NCBI GenBank assembly: GCA_963796685.1
Contig: CAWCMR010000025.1
Location: 480,001 to 544,000 of the forward strand
DNA: 64,000 bases
Direction: 5' to 3'
DNA from: an uncultured delta proteobacterium
GTDB lineage: Bacteria; Myxococcota_A; Polyangia; Fen-1088
Shown: positions 8,760-18,778 of the stretch, in pieces
Numbering within the stretch: position 1 is the first letter of the stretch
Layout: each line of letters opens with the position of its first letter
Notes under the pieces: model-generated
Databases searched by the model: none
What the model saw: only the letters and a program-made list of their open reading frames with translations
Told to the model about the DNA's origin: nothing
Made by a program: the position numbers and the translations under genes

Positions 8760-9485
8760 TCACCCCTTTCCGGCGTGTGCCTGCAAGATGCGCTGTTTGT
8801 CCCGCGCGGGCAGGTGTTTGCAAGCCTCGCGCACGGTCAAACCGGCAGCGCGCGCAGCCCTGGGCAAAAGCCATTCCACCACGCGCTCGGGGGTCTTCTT
8901 GGCGGTCTCGCGCAAGACCCAGCCGATGGCCTTGCGGATGAAGAATTCCTTCTCCGCCAGCATGCCGTCGGCATAGCGGCCGAAGCGTGCGAAGTCGCCG
9001 CCCCCGCGCCGCAAGGGCAAGAGCAAAGCCAGCAGCGCGGATCGGCGCAGCCAAAAGTCGTTGTCCTTGGCCCAGCGATCGAGAACCGGGGCAAGCTTCC
9101 CGGGAAAGCGCTCGACGAGATCGCCCGCCACCGAAGCTGCCAGGTTGTCCACCAGGGCCCAACCGCGTGCTTCTCGCAGCAGCTCCTCGATGAGGCCGAC
9201 GTCCTCAGGCCCGAGCAGGTTCTTCCACAGCTCCAGCACCTCCACCGCCGCCGCCCGCCGCTCGTGAATCGGCTTCTTCCACAGCGTACGGGCCAAACCG
9301 GTCGCCTCGTCGCACCCGAATTCCGGGTGGGCACGCCGAAGCGCCACCACGACCTTGCGTAGAACCGGCACGGTGACGCCCAGGTGCTCGAGATCGCTCT
9401 TGAGATAGCGTTTCTCCTGGGCGGCGCGCTCGGCGGTGCCAAGGACGCGCAACTCAGCTTCGAGTCGGTCTGCCAGGCGTCGCAT
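8760..9485 (-). CDS. alkD: DNA alkylation repair protein (AlkD family)
   Basis: GVTVPVLR, WALVDNLA, W..D.DFWLRR, EFFIRKAIGWVLRE, GLTVREACKHL. Confidence 0.9.
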   Translation of the reverse strand: MRRLADRLEAELRVLGTAERAAQEKRYLKSDLEHLGVTVPVLRKVVVALRRAHPEFGCDEATGLARTLWKKPIHERRAAAVEVLELWKNLLGPEDVGLIEELLREARGWALVDNLAASVAGDLVERFPGKLAPVLDRWAKDNDFWLRRSALLALLLPLRRGGGDFARFGRYADGMLAEKEFFIRKAIGWVLRETAKKTPERVVEWLLPRAARAAGLTVREACKHLPARDKQRILQAHAGKG

Positions 9486-10092
9486 GGGTTGATTCCAAGA
9501 GTGGCGCGAACCCTCGCAGGACCTGCGCAAGCTGGGCGCGCGTCGCATCGAGATCCCCGTTATTGTCGAGCACGTGGTCGGCGGCGCGGATCTTATCGGC
9601 CAATGGACGCTGCGCCCGAATGCGGGCCAGAGCCTCTTCGCGCGAGCAGGCGTCGCGGGCCATCACCCTCCGAATCTGCGCTTCCTCGCTGGCCGAGACC
9701 ACCACCAATCCGTCGAGCTGCTTGTAGGAGCCGGTTTCGACGAGCAGCGCGGCCTCGAGAAAGGCCAGGCGATGGCCGGACGCCTGCAAGGCCGCGGCTT
9801 GCACGGCCACCTGCTCGCGAATGCGCGGATGGGTGATGGCTTCCAGCCGGGCCTGGCTGCCCCGATCCGAAAACACGATCGCGCCCAGCTTCTTGCGATC
9901 GATGCGGCCGTCGGCGGCCAGGACCTCGGGCCAGGCAGCGGCGATCTCACCGTTGGCCGGCCGTCCCGGCTCGACCACCTGGCGGGCGATGGCGTCGGCG
10001 TCGATAACCGGGATGCCACGCTCGCGCAACATCCGCGCGACCGTGGATTTGCCCGAGCCGATCCCACCCGTCAGGCCGATGAGCTTGATCAT
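9454..10092 (-). CDS. coaE: Dephospho-CoA kinase
   Basis: IGLTGGIGSGKSTV, IDAD, LEAITHPRI, LLVE, ADHVLDNNG. Confidence 0.96.
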   Translation of the reverse strand: MIKLIGLTGGIGSGKSTVARMLRERGIPVIDADAIARQVVEPGRPANGEIAAAWPEVLAADGRIDRKKLGAIVFSDRGSQARLEAITHPRIREQVAVQAAALQASGHRLAFLEAALLVETGSYKQLDGLVVVSASEEAQIRRVMARDACSREEALARIRAQRPLADKIRAADHVLDNNGDLDATRAQLAQVLRGFAPLLESTHATPGRPTRS

Positions 10093-10331
10093 GACGGCGA
10101 TCAGTCTACCGGGAACCGAAACCGCTGTGCACCGGAACTCCTGCACCATGCTCCTGCCAGGGGCGCAGAAATCGGGACGAATGCATTCGGCCATGGCGAT
10201 GCGGCGACCACGAAGCGCATGCTGGCTCGACCGAGGCCAGGCGCCCCGCGACATCGCTGCTCTCCTCGCGGGATCACGGATTCGGGATGACAGGAGGCAG
10301 CGGGCCGGGTTCCGCGTACACTGTGCGGGTC

Positions 10332-11000
10332 ATGTCCGCCTCTCTCCCCTCTCCTGTCATGGTTCTGGATGCCGCCTTCGTCGCCGAGGTGCGCGAGGTC
10401 GCGCAGATGCCGATGGGCGGGCCGCCCGAGGTGGCCATCGCAGGCCGCTCCAACGTCGGCAAGTCGACCCTGCTCAACCGCATCGCGGGGCGCAAGGCCC
10501 TCGCCCGCGTCTCGAAGACGCCCGGCCGCACCCGCGGGCTCGTGCTCTTCGACCTGGAGATCCGCGTGCAGGGCAGCCAAGAGGCGCGACAGCGCCTGCG
10601 CCTGGTCGACCTGCCCGGCTACGGCTACGCGCAGGTCTCGCACAGCGAACGCCACGCCTGGCAGGTTCTTGTCGAGGGCTACGTCAAGGAGCAGAAGCCC
10701 CTGGTGCTGGTGCTGGTGCTGGTGGATGCACGCCGCGAGCTTGGCACGGAAGAGCTGCAGCTGATGGAATGGCTGCAGGCGATGCACGTGCCCTGTCACC
10801 TGGTGGTGACCAAGGCCGACAAGCTGGGCGCAGCCGAGCGCGGCATCTTGCGCGAACAGGTCCGCAAGGGGCTCGGCCAGATGTCGGCCTCGGTATCCAT
10901 GGCCTCCGGGGAAACCGGCGAGGGCGTGGACGCCTTGTGGGCACGCATCGCCTACGCTCTCAAAGCCAATAAAGACGACGTGGAGCCCGACCCGGGCTAG
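10332..11000 (+). CDS. engB: Ribosome biogenesis GTPase YihA/YsxC
   Basis: GRSNVGKSTLLN, SKTPGRT, DLPGYGYA, TKADK. Confidence 0.96.
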   Translation: MSASLPSPVMVLDAAFVAEVREVAQMPMGGPPEVAIAGRSNVGKSTLLNRIAGRKALARVSKTPGRTRGLVLFDLEIRVQGSQEARQRLRLVDLPGYGYAQVSHSERHAWQVLVEGYVKEQKPLVLVLVLVDARRELGTEELQLMEWLQAMHVPCHLVVTKADKLGAAERGILREQVRKGLGQMSASVSMASGETGEGVDALWARIAYALKANKDDVEPDPG

Positions 11001-11043
11001 GATTCCCGTCCGCCCCGATAGTGGGGGGCAAGACCAAGCGACC

Positions 11044-11500
11044 GTGCAGGACTACATCATCGTCAGCAGCACCGAGGCCGATTCTCGAAGGCGTGATGGC
11101 CATCGAGCGGCTCTCGTTCCCGACACCGTGGCAACGCCAAGCCTTCAGCGACGAGCTGGCGCGGCCGTGGGCCCGGCTGGAGGTGCTTCGGCGGGTGGCG
11201 ACCGGCGAGGTGGTGGCCTTCTGCAACTACTGGCTGGTGGCCGACGAGCTGCACATCCTGAACGTCGCGGTCCACCCGGACGAGCGCAGACAGGGCCACG
11301 CCACGCGACTCTTGCAACACATCCTGTCCGAGGCGGACCGCAACAGGGTCCGGGTGGTGTCGCTGGAGGTTCGCGCCTCCAACCAGGCGGCCCAGGCGCT
11401 CTATCGCAAGTTCCAATTTCGGGAGGTGGGCAAGAGAGCCAGGTACTACGCGGACAACGGCGAAGACGCGCTGCTGATGGATCGGGAGCTTTCGCCCTAG
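11044..11500 (+). CDS. rimI: Ribosomal protein S18 alanine N-acetyltransferase, with an apparent +1 frameshift near 11082
   Basis: Removing one T from GATTCTC gives MQDYIIVSSTEADLEGVMAIERLSFPTPW...ELHILNVAVHP...LEVRASN...YYADNGEDALLM (151 aa). Confidence 0.9.
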
Positions 11501-11507
11501 GGCGCAC

Positions 11508-12383
11508 ATGTCGATGTCGCTCGTGCTTTGCGCGCTTTGCGCTCGATTGCTGGCCGCCGATGCAGGCGCACCCGTGGACGCGGACACGGAGGCTTTGCCG
11601 GCGACGGCGGTCGAGCCCGAAGCCGGGACGCCGCCGGTCGCACCGGCTGCGCCTTTTGCCATCGCCGGCGTCGCCACCAGCGAGCGGGTAGTGGCCTTGA
11701 CCTTCGATGCCTGCGCGACCAAGAAGCAGGCCAATGGTTTCGATCGCAAGGTGTTCCAGATCCTGGCGCGCGATCGCATCCCGGCCACGTTCTTTCTGTC
11801 GGGCCGCTGGGTCGAGAAACATCCCGGCGCCGCCAAGGCCATCGCGGCCGCCCCATGGATCGAGCTGGGCAACCACACCTACTCGCATCCACGCCTGACG
11901 CTCACGCGCAAAGAGCGCATCCGCTGGCAGATTCGGTACACCAACGAAATCTTGCAGAAGAGGATCGGGCGGCCCGCGCTGTCCTTGCGCCCACCGGCTG
12001 GCGCGTTCAACGCGACCGTCGTCAAGATAGCCAATCAGGAACAGTTGCCCGTGATCCTGTGGAGCGTGATCTCCGGCGATGCCGGCGGCCACGTGCCGGC
12101 CAAGCGCATGGACAGGTCGGTGCTCGAAGAGACCAAACCTGGTTCCATCATCATCTTTCACGTCAACAAACGGGCGCCCTTCACCAAAAAGGCGTTGCCG
12201 GACATCATCGCGGGCTTGCGCAAGGAGGGTTTTCGCTTCGTGACCATCTCGCAGCTGCTCGCCCTGCCCGACGCCGTGCCCATCAAGGCCAAGCCGTCGC
12301 GCTATGGATGGCGCCCGCGCAACAAGCCCCATTCGCCCGAGCTCAAAGAACAAGGCGAGGACCATGCGGATCCGCCGACCTGA
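11508..12383 (+). CDS. Exported polysaccharide deacetylase (CE4/NodB)
   Basis: Signal peptide; VALTFDAC, ATFFLSG, LGNHTYSHP, LRPPAG, GSIIIFH. Confidence 0.92.
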   Translation: MSMSLVLCALCARLLAADAGAPVDADTEALPATAVEPEAGTPPVAPAAPFAIAGVATSERVVALTFDACATKKQANGFDRKVFQILARDRIPATFFLSGRWVEKHPGAAKAIAAAPWIELGNHTYSHPRLTLTRKERIRWQIRYTNEILQKRIGRPALSLRPPAGAFNATVVKIANQEQLPVILWSVISGDAGGHVPAKRMDRSVLEETKPGSIIIFHVNKRAPFTKKALPDIIAGLRKEGFRFVTISQLLALPDAVPIKAKPSRYGWRPRNKPHSPELKEQGEDHADPPT

Positions 12384-12840
12384 TCCCGCACTGGCCTTCC
12401 GCCAGGCCGAGTGGATCGTGGCCATGGAGCCCTGGCTTTCCCTTGGCTACGAGCGCACGAAGCTTGCGCGCTACCTGCGCCGGATGTCTCGCGCCGAGCA
12501 GGTGCTGGTCGCCGAGGAAATGGGTCGTGTGCTCGGCATCATCGTCTTTCAGCCCGAATTCTTGCTCGGCCGCTTCATCGCGCTTCTGGCCGTTCGCGCC
12601 GAGGCCGCCGGTCGCGGCATCGGGCGCGCCCTCGTCCTGCACATCGAGAAGGAAGCCTTCAAGACGCGGCGCTGGCTCTACGTTTCGTCCGACGGCGCGA
12701 ATCGGGCCGCCGCCCGTTTCTACAAGAAGCTCGGATTCACGCGCGCGGCCCGCTTGCCGGATCTCGTTCGCGACGGCCGGGCCGAGATCTTGTGGCGCAA
12801 GCCACGGCCAGCGACGGCCGCCCGAGGCACGCGCTGCTAG
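12364..12840 (+). CDS. GNAT-family N-acetyltransferase
   Basis: LAVRAEAAGRGIGRAL, NRAAARFYKKLGF; overlaps the upstream stop. Confidence 0.88.
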   Translation: MRIRRPDPALAFRQAEWIVAMEPWLSLGYERTKLARYLRRMSRAEQVLVAEEMGRVLGIIVFQPEFLLGRFIALLAVRAEAAGRGIGRALVLHIEKEAFKTRRWLYVSSDGANRAAARFYKKLGFTRAARLPDLVRDGRAEILWRKPRPATAARGTRC

Positions 12841-14765
12841 AGCTCGATCTCGCAGCCAAGGGGTTGCGGCGCGTGCGCGGGTCTCGCGCGGGGTGTGGGC
12901 ATGGCAACCATGCGCTCCTCGCGGCTGCCCCGGACGGGCCGCGCGATCGGGACAGTCAGGGGGGTCGGGCCAGGGGCGGGCAGAATCGGCGAATCACATA
13001 GCTCGAAGCTTCCGTAGTGGGTCACCAGGCACGACGGTTCGGGAGCCTGGCGCATCTCCACCGAGCGCTGGTAGCGACGCTGCTCGGCCTTCAGTCTGTG
13101 CGCGACGTAAGGTCCGCCGACCATGGCCGCCAGCTTGGCCTTCCAGCCGGAATCCTTGATGAGACCGTCGCGCAGAATGCGGGCTTGCTCATGGGTGGCG
13201 TTGCCGATGCGTGCGAGATCGCGGCGCATGGCCTCGACCAGCATGGCGTAGAAGGGGAACTTCTTGCGCATCATCTCACGCCGCATCTGCACCAATTCGT
13301 GGTCCCAATCTGCGGTGTTGCGATAGCCGTCGTACTGGGTCTGAATCATGCGCAGGATGGACGGTCCCAGGACCTCGAAGTCGCGCTTGAAGGCGTAATC
13401 GATCTTCTCCGAGATCACGGCGTCGGAAAGATGGGCGTGGTGCCAGTTCTGGACGTGCTGGCCATGGATGTCGGCCCAGGGAAAATTCTCTTTCAGGCGC
13501 TGCTCGGACTTCATCTGCTTCCACAGCGGCGTGCCGGGCATGGCGATGTAGAGCATGAACTGGTTGTAGGTGCACCCGTACGACAGGGCGTGCTCGATCT
13601 CGCGATCGACATCCTCGACCTGGTGGTGCGGGAATCCCAGGATCGTCGAGCCCAAGACCTCGACGCCGTAGGCTTGCAGCTGGCCGATGAGGCCACGCAG
13701 CCCGATGCCGTCCATCTTCTTGTAGGTCGTCCCGGTGGACTCTTCGAGGCCGATCCAGATGAAGCTGTAACCGAGCTTGACCACGTTCTCGACGCCCAGT
13801 CGAAGCAAGGCGTCCGCCGACGAGAACACGGCGTAACGGTGGGGTTTGCGCTGCTCTTCCATGAGCTTGAGCAAGGCAAGAGCGCGTTTGGTGTCGAGCG
13901 AGAAGTTCTCGGACATGACGAACAGCTCGCTCACCCCACGGGCCGTCTGCGCATCGGCCACCGAAAGAATGTCTTCCGCGGAGTGCATGAACTTGACGAA
14001 TTTGCCTTCGAACTTGGCCGAGGTCGTACAGAAGTTGCAGCGCATGGGGCAGCCCACGTCGGGAATGATGAGCCCGGCGGACAGCTCCGGCACCTTGAAG
14101 CCGAGCGCGCGCTTGTCGAAGGTGGCGTCCACCAGCGGCGCGTGAACCACGTCCTCGTCCCGAAGGCCCACGCCCGGCATCTTCGCGTAGTACTCGAGAC
14201 CATCGCGCTTCACGAAGGTCACGCCCGTGCCCTCGCACCCACGCCCGCTCAGCCAGTCAGGAAGCCCGGCCGACAGCGGGGACTGGGAGCGTTCAAAGGA
14301 CGGCTCCCACACGTTGAAGGTCTCGCTCGGACAAGCCTGCAGCATGCGTTCGATCAGCTCTTGGGTCACCTCGTCGTCGTTGACGATGTGGCCACCGATG
14401 TCGATGGACACGTCGGGCAGGGTCTCGCGGACGAGACGCCACGTGACGATCACCTTCTCGAAGTTGGCCATGATCCCCGACAAGCCGACCCGATCCCAGC
14501 GCCGCTCGAGGAGCTTCGCCTTGAGCTGGTCCTCGGATGGGAAATCGAGCACCGCCACGTTGGCGTTCAGGTTCGCGCCAAACAGATCGTACGCGAAGGT
14601 TCGCGAAAACATCTGCACCGAGTAGTGCTGCTGGCCGCGCGTGACCTGGTTGTTCAGCAGGCTCATCGGGTTCTTGTACCGGCTGTGCGGTCCGTCCACG
14701 CCGTGGGGGCCAACGACGGAGCTGAACAGGATGTTGCGGAGCGACATCTGGGCAGGAAGCGACAT
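12837..14765 (-). CDS. B12-binding-domain radical SAM protein
   Basis: CPMRCNFC (CxxxCxxC), N-terminal DRVGLSG...DIGGH, IGLE, PGTPLW. Start uncertain (14780/14765/14747). Confidence 0.88.
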   Translation of the reverse strand: MSLPAQMSLRNILFSSVVGPHGVDGPHSRYKNPMSLLNNQVTRGQQHYSVQMFSRTFAYDLFGANLNANVAVLDFPSEDQLKAKLLERRWDRVGLSGIMANFEKVIVTWRLVRETLPDVSIDIGGHIVNDDEVTQELIERMLQACPSETFNVWEPSFERSQSPLSAGLPDWLSGRGCEGTGVTFVKRDGLEYYAKMPGVGLRDEDVVHAPLVDATFDKRALGFKVPELSAGLIIPDVGCPMRCNFCTTSAKFEGKFVKFMHSAEDILSVADAQTARGVSELFVMSENFSLDTKRALALLKLMEEQRKPHRYAVFSSADALLRLGVENVVKLGYSFIWIGLEESTGTTYKKMDGIGLRGLIGQLQAYGVEVLGSTILGFPHHQVEDVDREIEHALSYGCTYNQFMLYIAMPGTPLWKQMKSEQRLKENFPWADIHGQHVQNWHHAHLSDAVISEKIDYAFKRDFEVLGPSILRMIQTQYDGYRNTADWDHELVQMRREMMRKKFPFYAMLVEAMRRDLARIGNATHEQARILRDGLIKDSGWKAKLAAMVGGPYVAHRLKAEQRRYQRSVEMRQAPEPSCLVTHYGSFELCDSPILPAPGPTPLTVPIARPVRGSREERMVAMPTPRARPAHAPQPLGCEIEL

Positions 14766-15079
14766 TGCAATGATCTCCATCGCAGAATGGCCCGAGTCCC
14801 GCAATGTCTGGCGGTAAGTATTATGAATTTATGACGATTTCCAGACATCGTCAGGTCGACTGTGGGCCTTCCAGCTACAGTGGATCGGGGTACCATCGCA
14901 TCGCGTTGACGCGAAGATCACCTTTGAATCCGCCGATCTCGCATCGCGGCCCGAAATCGACAATAGTGCCAAGGCATGTTGGGAGCGCTCGCCTGTCTGG
15001 CATGGACCCTGGCCGTCACGGCAATACCCGTGGACCGGTTGCCGTCACCAGGCAAGCAGAGGACCCAATGAGGAATGCC

Positions 15080-15844
15080 ATGGACAACAAGATTAGCTCT
15101 CGAAATTCGCGTCTTCTCGCTCTCAGCACGGTTTGCTTGGGAATAGCGGCCTTCGGCTGCAGCAAGTCCGATTCCCTCGGCTCGGTGCGAGACGGCGGGA
15201 CGGACGGGATTGGCAAGGACGGGAATAGCAACGCACCCGACGGCGAGGTTTGCGGGGCGGGAGTCCCCGTCCACTACTCGGCGCCCGGTTGTGGCGCCGA
15301 CGCCGTTCCCATTTGCGGAGCGACCAGCCAGGAATGTCTGTCTCTTGACTCTTTCTGTGGCTGCGATGGCCAAACCACCGTGTACGGCGTGTGTCGTACC
15401 AGCCCCTCGCCCTTCCTCTATGTGGGCGCGTGCCCCGACGGAGGGCCGGGTCCCCTTGACCTTCTGTCGGATTCCGGCGGCGACGGCGGTGGCTCGAGTG
15501 GCACCTACCAATGCCAGGTGAACGCGGATGGAACTTGCTCGGCGGTCACACCCGACACCAGCTGCCTGCCCTTGCGAGGGGTGCCATTCGACCAACAAGC
15601 CGACTGTCTTTCTGGCCCGGAAATCACGCTCGCCTGCGCCGCCTGGCAGACAGGCACCATGGGCGGTCTCGCGGCCGCGGAGGGTTGTTACCAGGTTCCG
15701 CAAGATGGAGGGGCTCTGGTCTATCGGACCGACGAAAGCGACATCAGTGATCCCCTCTGGAGAAGCCGGGTCTGCGATGCGAGTCTGGCGGCGCTCGTGT
15801 CGGGCGCGCCTGCATGTGGCTCCGCTCCGGAGGTGGGTCGCTAG
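15080..15844 (+). CDS. Cys-rich lipoprotein of unknown function
   Basis: GAGGA RBS, lipobox AFGC, DGG linkers, FCGCDGQT motif. Confidence 0.7.
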   Translation: MDNKISSRNSRLLALSTVCLGIAAFGCSKSDSLGSVRDGGTDGIGKDGNSNAPDGEVCGAGVPVHYSAPGCGADAVPICGATSQECLSLDSFCGCDGQTTVYGVCRTSPSPFLYVGACPDGGPGPLDLLSDSGGDGGGSSGTYQCQVNADGTCSAVTPDTSCLPLRGVPFDQQADCLSGPEITLACAAWQTGTMGGLAAAEGCYQVPQDGGALVYRTDESDISDPLWRSRVCDASLAALVSGAPACGSAPEVGR

Positions 15845-16101
15845 CGAACCGTTTTGATCGTCACGCCGGCAACCTTGACCTCGGCCCAGACCCGATCCGC
15901 TGTGTAGGCAGGGGTCTGCAACCGCTTGGCTAGCGCCAAGCACGCACGGTCACCGAGCAACAGCCCCAGCTTGCGCGTGCCCGCCCACAACCCAGCGGCA
16001 CAGGCAGCATCTTCGGCGTCGAATGGGTACACGTGAACGCCAACCGCGTCGAGGACGGCCTCGAGGCCGTCCGTGGATACCCCAGCAGCGAGCGCCTTCT
16101 G
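15841..16101 (-). pseudogene. vapC: PIN-domain VapC toxin, 3' half only
   Basis: PFDAEDA...GLLLGDRACLALA...AYTADRVW...IKTVR present; the N-terminal LDAS motif and a start codon are missing. Confidence 0.8.
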
Positions 16102-16405
16102 GGTGGTGGCGGCCGCGCGACCGCGCCTCGTCGCCGCCGTACACCAGCAGTCCGGCCGCATCGTGCGAGAGGTCCAGGTAGCGATCGAGGCCGTCGAGTG
16201 CGTCGGCCGCCACGGTGAGGCCGCTCTTGGCCTCGATGGGGACGTGTCTCGACACCAGATCCACCACGAAGTCGACCTCGTGCCCGCGTGAGTCCCGCCA
16301 GAAGTAGACCGAGGGGCGCTCACCCTGGTGCAAGAACAGCTTCTGCAACTCGGAAAAGACGAAACATTCGAAGATCGCGCCCCGCAGGGGATCCCTCGTA
16401 ACCAT
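16102..16405 (-). pseudogene. AAA_14/DUF4143 ATPase remnant (start codons fused to the C-terminal PD-(D/E)xK-like domain)
   Basis: MVTR then DPLRGAIFECFVFSEL...YFWRDSRGHEVDFVV...PIEAKSG; no Walker A/B. Confidence 0.8.
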
Positions 16406-16432
16406 CTATGATCATTACACATTGCAGCATTG

Positions 16433-16465
16433 GTGCAATATGCACATTTGATGTTCATATTGCAC
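16433..16465. promoter_or_regulatory. AT-rich inverted repeat upstream of the ATPase remnant (putative operator)
   Basis: GTGCAATATG-c-ACAT-ttg-ATGT-t-CATATTGCAC. Confidence 0.5.
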
Positions 16466-16716
16466 GCCAAGGCGCTGTGGCGCAAGCCGGCGGCCTCGTT
16501 CCGTCGGCGAGCGGACCTGGAGGGGCTGATGCCACGCTTTTCCAGTGCGCCACTTTCCACTTTGGTGCCAGCAACGTGTTGGCTGACGTGATGGCTTTTC
16601 TCGAGTGGACAGGTTGCTCATGACTACAAGCGTCAAGAGCCCGCTTTTTTTGGCATCCTCTCGATCTTGGCCGAGGTATAAGCAATCGCTCTCCTACTCG
16701 TCCTTTGGAGGTACCC

Positions 16717-18657
16717 ATGCTTTCGACCAAGCTCCTGACCGCTCGGCGAGATCTTCGCCCGTCGGCCCACAACCCTGACTCTCGTTCGTCCATACCACGT
16801 GCCCTGCTCGCCAGCGGCCTCGCACTCGCGCTCGCCGCCTGCTCGTCCACGACCAGCGGCGGCGGCAACGGCGGGACCACCAGCAAAGGCGGCGCAACCG
16901 GCACAGGCGGCGCGACCAGCAATGGTGGCGCGACCGGCAACGGCGGCGCGACCGGCAACGGCGGCGCGACCGGCAAAGGCGGCACGACTGGCAACGGCGG
17001 CGCGACCGGCAACGGCGGCGCGACCGGTAAAGGTGGCGCGACTGGTAACGGCGGCGCGACTGGCAATGGCGGCGCGACTGGCAACGGCGGTGCGACCGGC
17101 AAGGGCGGCGCGACCGGCAATGGCGGCGCGACCGGCAACGGCGGCGCGACTGGCAACGGCGGCGCGACCGGCAACGGCGGCGCGACTGGCAACGGCGGCG
17201 CGACCGGCAACGGCGGCGCAACCGGCAACGGCGGCGCAACCGGCAACGGCGGCGCGACCGGCAACGGCGGCGCAACCGGCAACGGCGGCGCGACTGGCAA
17301 CGGCGGCGCGACTGGCGGAAGCAGCGGGTGCTCGAATACCGACACGAGCGCGATTAACATCGATTCGTCAGGTTACATCTGCGGCAACCAATGGGGCATC
17401 AAGGGAGCCTGGTATTGTTATAGCTCCGATACGAGTAGCCCCTGCAACCCCACCGGGGTCATTCCGTGGAACTCGTCGTCAAAGGGAATGTGCCTGAGCG
17501 GGACGATCGCCTCCGGCGGCTATGACGGCCTCGGCTTCAAGGTCAACTCGGGACCGCCCGGAGACTCCGCCACGCCCGGCACGTGGGACGCGAGCAAGAT
17601 CGTCGGCTTTGCGATTACCTTGACGGCAGGAGCCAGCGGCAAGGGCACCGGTGGCTCGGTTGTCGGACTCGAGTATGTGACGCCCAATGACCTGGATGAC
17701 AACAATCACAAGGATTCCCCGGGCGTGACGCTCCCCGGTGTCGCGGGCACCTCGGTAACCTATAATGCGCTCTTCTCGGATGCGGTGCTTGCCAACAATG
17801 CGATAGTCAGAAGGACCGTCGATCAGGCCAACTTGACTGACGTCAAGCTGATGATCCCCCCGGACAGCCAGTCGGTTTCCTACGACTTCTGCATCACGAA
17901 GGTCGTGCCGCTGACAGCAGCGCCGAGCCCCGTTGTGCCCACGGGCGCGTACGGACCTGCGTGGTCAAACAGATTGCCTCAGGCCGTGAACGGCATCAAC
18001 GGCTATGCCGTGCAAAGCACCCCGTTCGACGGGACCAACGGGCTTCCGATAACGATGCAAGTCATGGCGACGAGCGGCGGCGTTGGGTTCACGTACACGG
18101 CAAAGTCAGGTGCGTCAGGCAATAGTCCCGCCGCCTTCCCCGCCGTCATCAGCGGCTGGGGGCCCGGTCAGGCCGGTATCCAGCTCTATGGCCCCTACCA
18201 GGCCGACACGACCATCAGCTCACTTCAGACCGTGACGAGCAGCTGGTCCTTCACACCCGGCAGCAGCGGAGACGCGGCCTACGATGTCTGGTTTGGTCCC
18301 AGCAAGGCGCCGACTACGGCTCCGGCCGTTGAATTGATGATCTGGATAAACAACGGTGGCAAGCAGCCCATCGGCGGCGGCAACGCGGCCGGTGCTGCTG
18401 TCGTCGGGTCGGACGGGGTGTCTCGAAAACCGTACACGGGTACGAATACGACGAACCAAAAGGTGGTCAGCTATGTGGCAGACACGGCGTCGGCGACCAG
18501 CGTAACCAATTTCGACTTGCTGCCCTACTTCAAGGACGCGGCGGGCAAATATGCGGGGCTGCAGAGTGGCTACTATCTACTCGGTATTCAGACCGGCTTC
18601 GAGGTTTACAGCGCGGACACCTGGAAAACGACCGATTACAGCATCACCATCAAGTAG
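16717..18657 (+). CDS. Lipoprotein with Gly/Thr-rich repeat stalk and C-terminal GH12-like glucanase domain
   Basis: GGAGG RBS; lipobox LAAC; GH12 motifs DAAYDVWF, ELMIW, FDLLPYF, IQTGFE with both catalytic Glu. Confidence 0.82.
   Translation: MLSTKLLTARRDLRPSAHNPDSRSSIPRALLASGLALALAACSSTTSGGGNGGTTSKGGATGTGGATSNGGATGNGGATGNGGATGKGGTTGNGGATGNGGATGKGGATGNGGATGNGGATGNGGATGKGGATGNGGATGNGGATGNGGATGNGGATGNGGATGNGGATGNGGATGNGGATGNGGATGNGGATGNGGATGGSSGCSNTDTSAINIDSSGYICGNQWGIKGAWYCYSSDTSSPCNPTGVIPWNSSSKGMCLSGTIASGGYDGLGFKVNSGPPGDSATPGTWDASKIVGFAITLTAGASGKGTGGSVVGLEYVTPNDLDDNNHKDSPGVTLPGVAGTSVTYNALFSDAVLANNAIVRRTVDQANLTDVKLMIPPDSQSVSYDFCITKVVPLTAAPSPVVPTGAYGPAWSNRLPQAVNGINGYAVQSTPFDGTNGLPITMQVMATSGGVGFTYTAKSGASGNSPAAFPAVISGWGPGQAGIQLYGPYQADTTISSLQTVTSSWSFTPGSSGDAAYDVWFGPSKAPTTAPAVELMIWINNGGKQPIGGGNAAGAAVVGSDGVSRKPYTGTNTTNQKVVSYVADTASATSVTNFDLLPYFKDAAGKYAGLQSGYYLLGIQTGFEVYSADTWKTTDYSITIK
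16870..17319 (+). repeat. Coding tandem repeat, 25 x 18 bp (GGATGN)
   Basis: Unit GGCGGCGCGACCGGCAAC with wobble variation; 450 bp. Confidence 0.95.
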
Positions 18658-18673
18658 TTAACGCCTAGCCGTC

Positions 18674-18697
18674 CCCCGGCGCCACGAGTCGCCGGGG
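18674..18697 (+). terminator. GC hairpin after the GH12 gene
   Basis: CCCCGGCG-N8-CGCCGGGG; no U-tract. Confidence 0.35.
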
Positions 18698-18778
18698 AGG
18701 AGCGGCAGGCACCGACAATTGTCGCCTGGTCCGGACTTTTGATAGGCTCGCTTTTGCAGAGCAAATAGGAGTGCAGCG

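Noticed and set aside
14821-15060. Cobalamin riboswitch upstream of the B12 radical SAM gene (CCACTG...GGAAGGC on the minus strand)
   Set aside because: The other core elements (AGGGAA, GCCCCCGC-ACTGT, AGYCAGRAGACC) are not seen. An Rfam scan would settle it.
16870-17319. Possible CRISPR or non-coding repeat; antisense ORF of (PPLPVA)n
   Set aside because: Contiguous 18-bp units with wobble-position variation in the GGATGN frame; the other frames are shadows.
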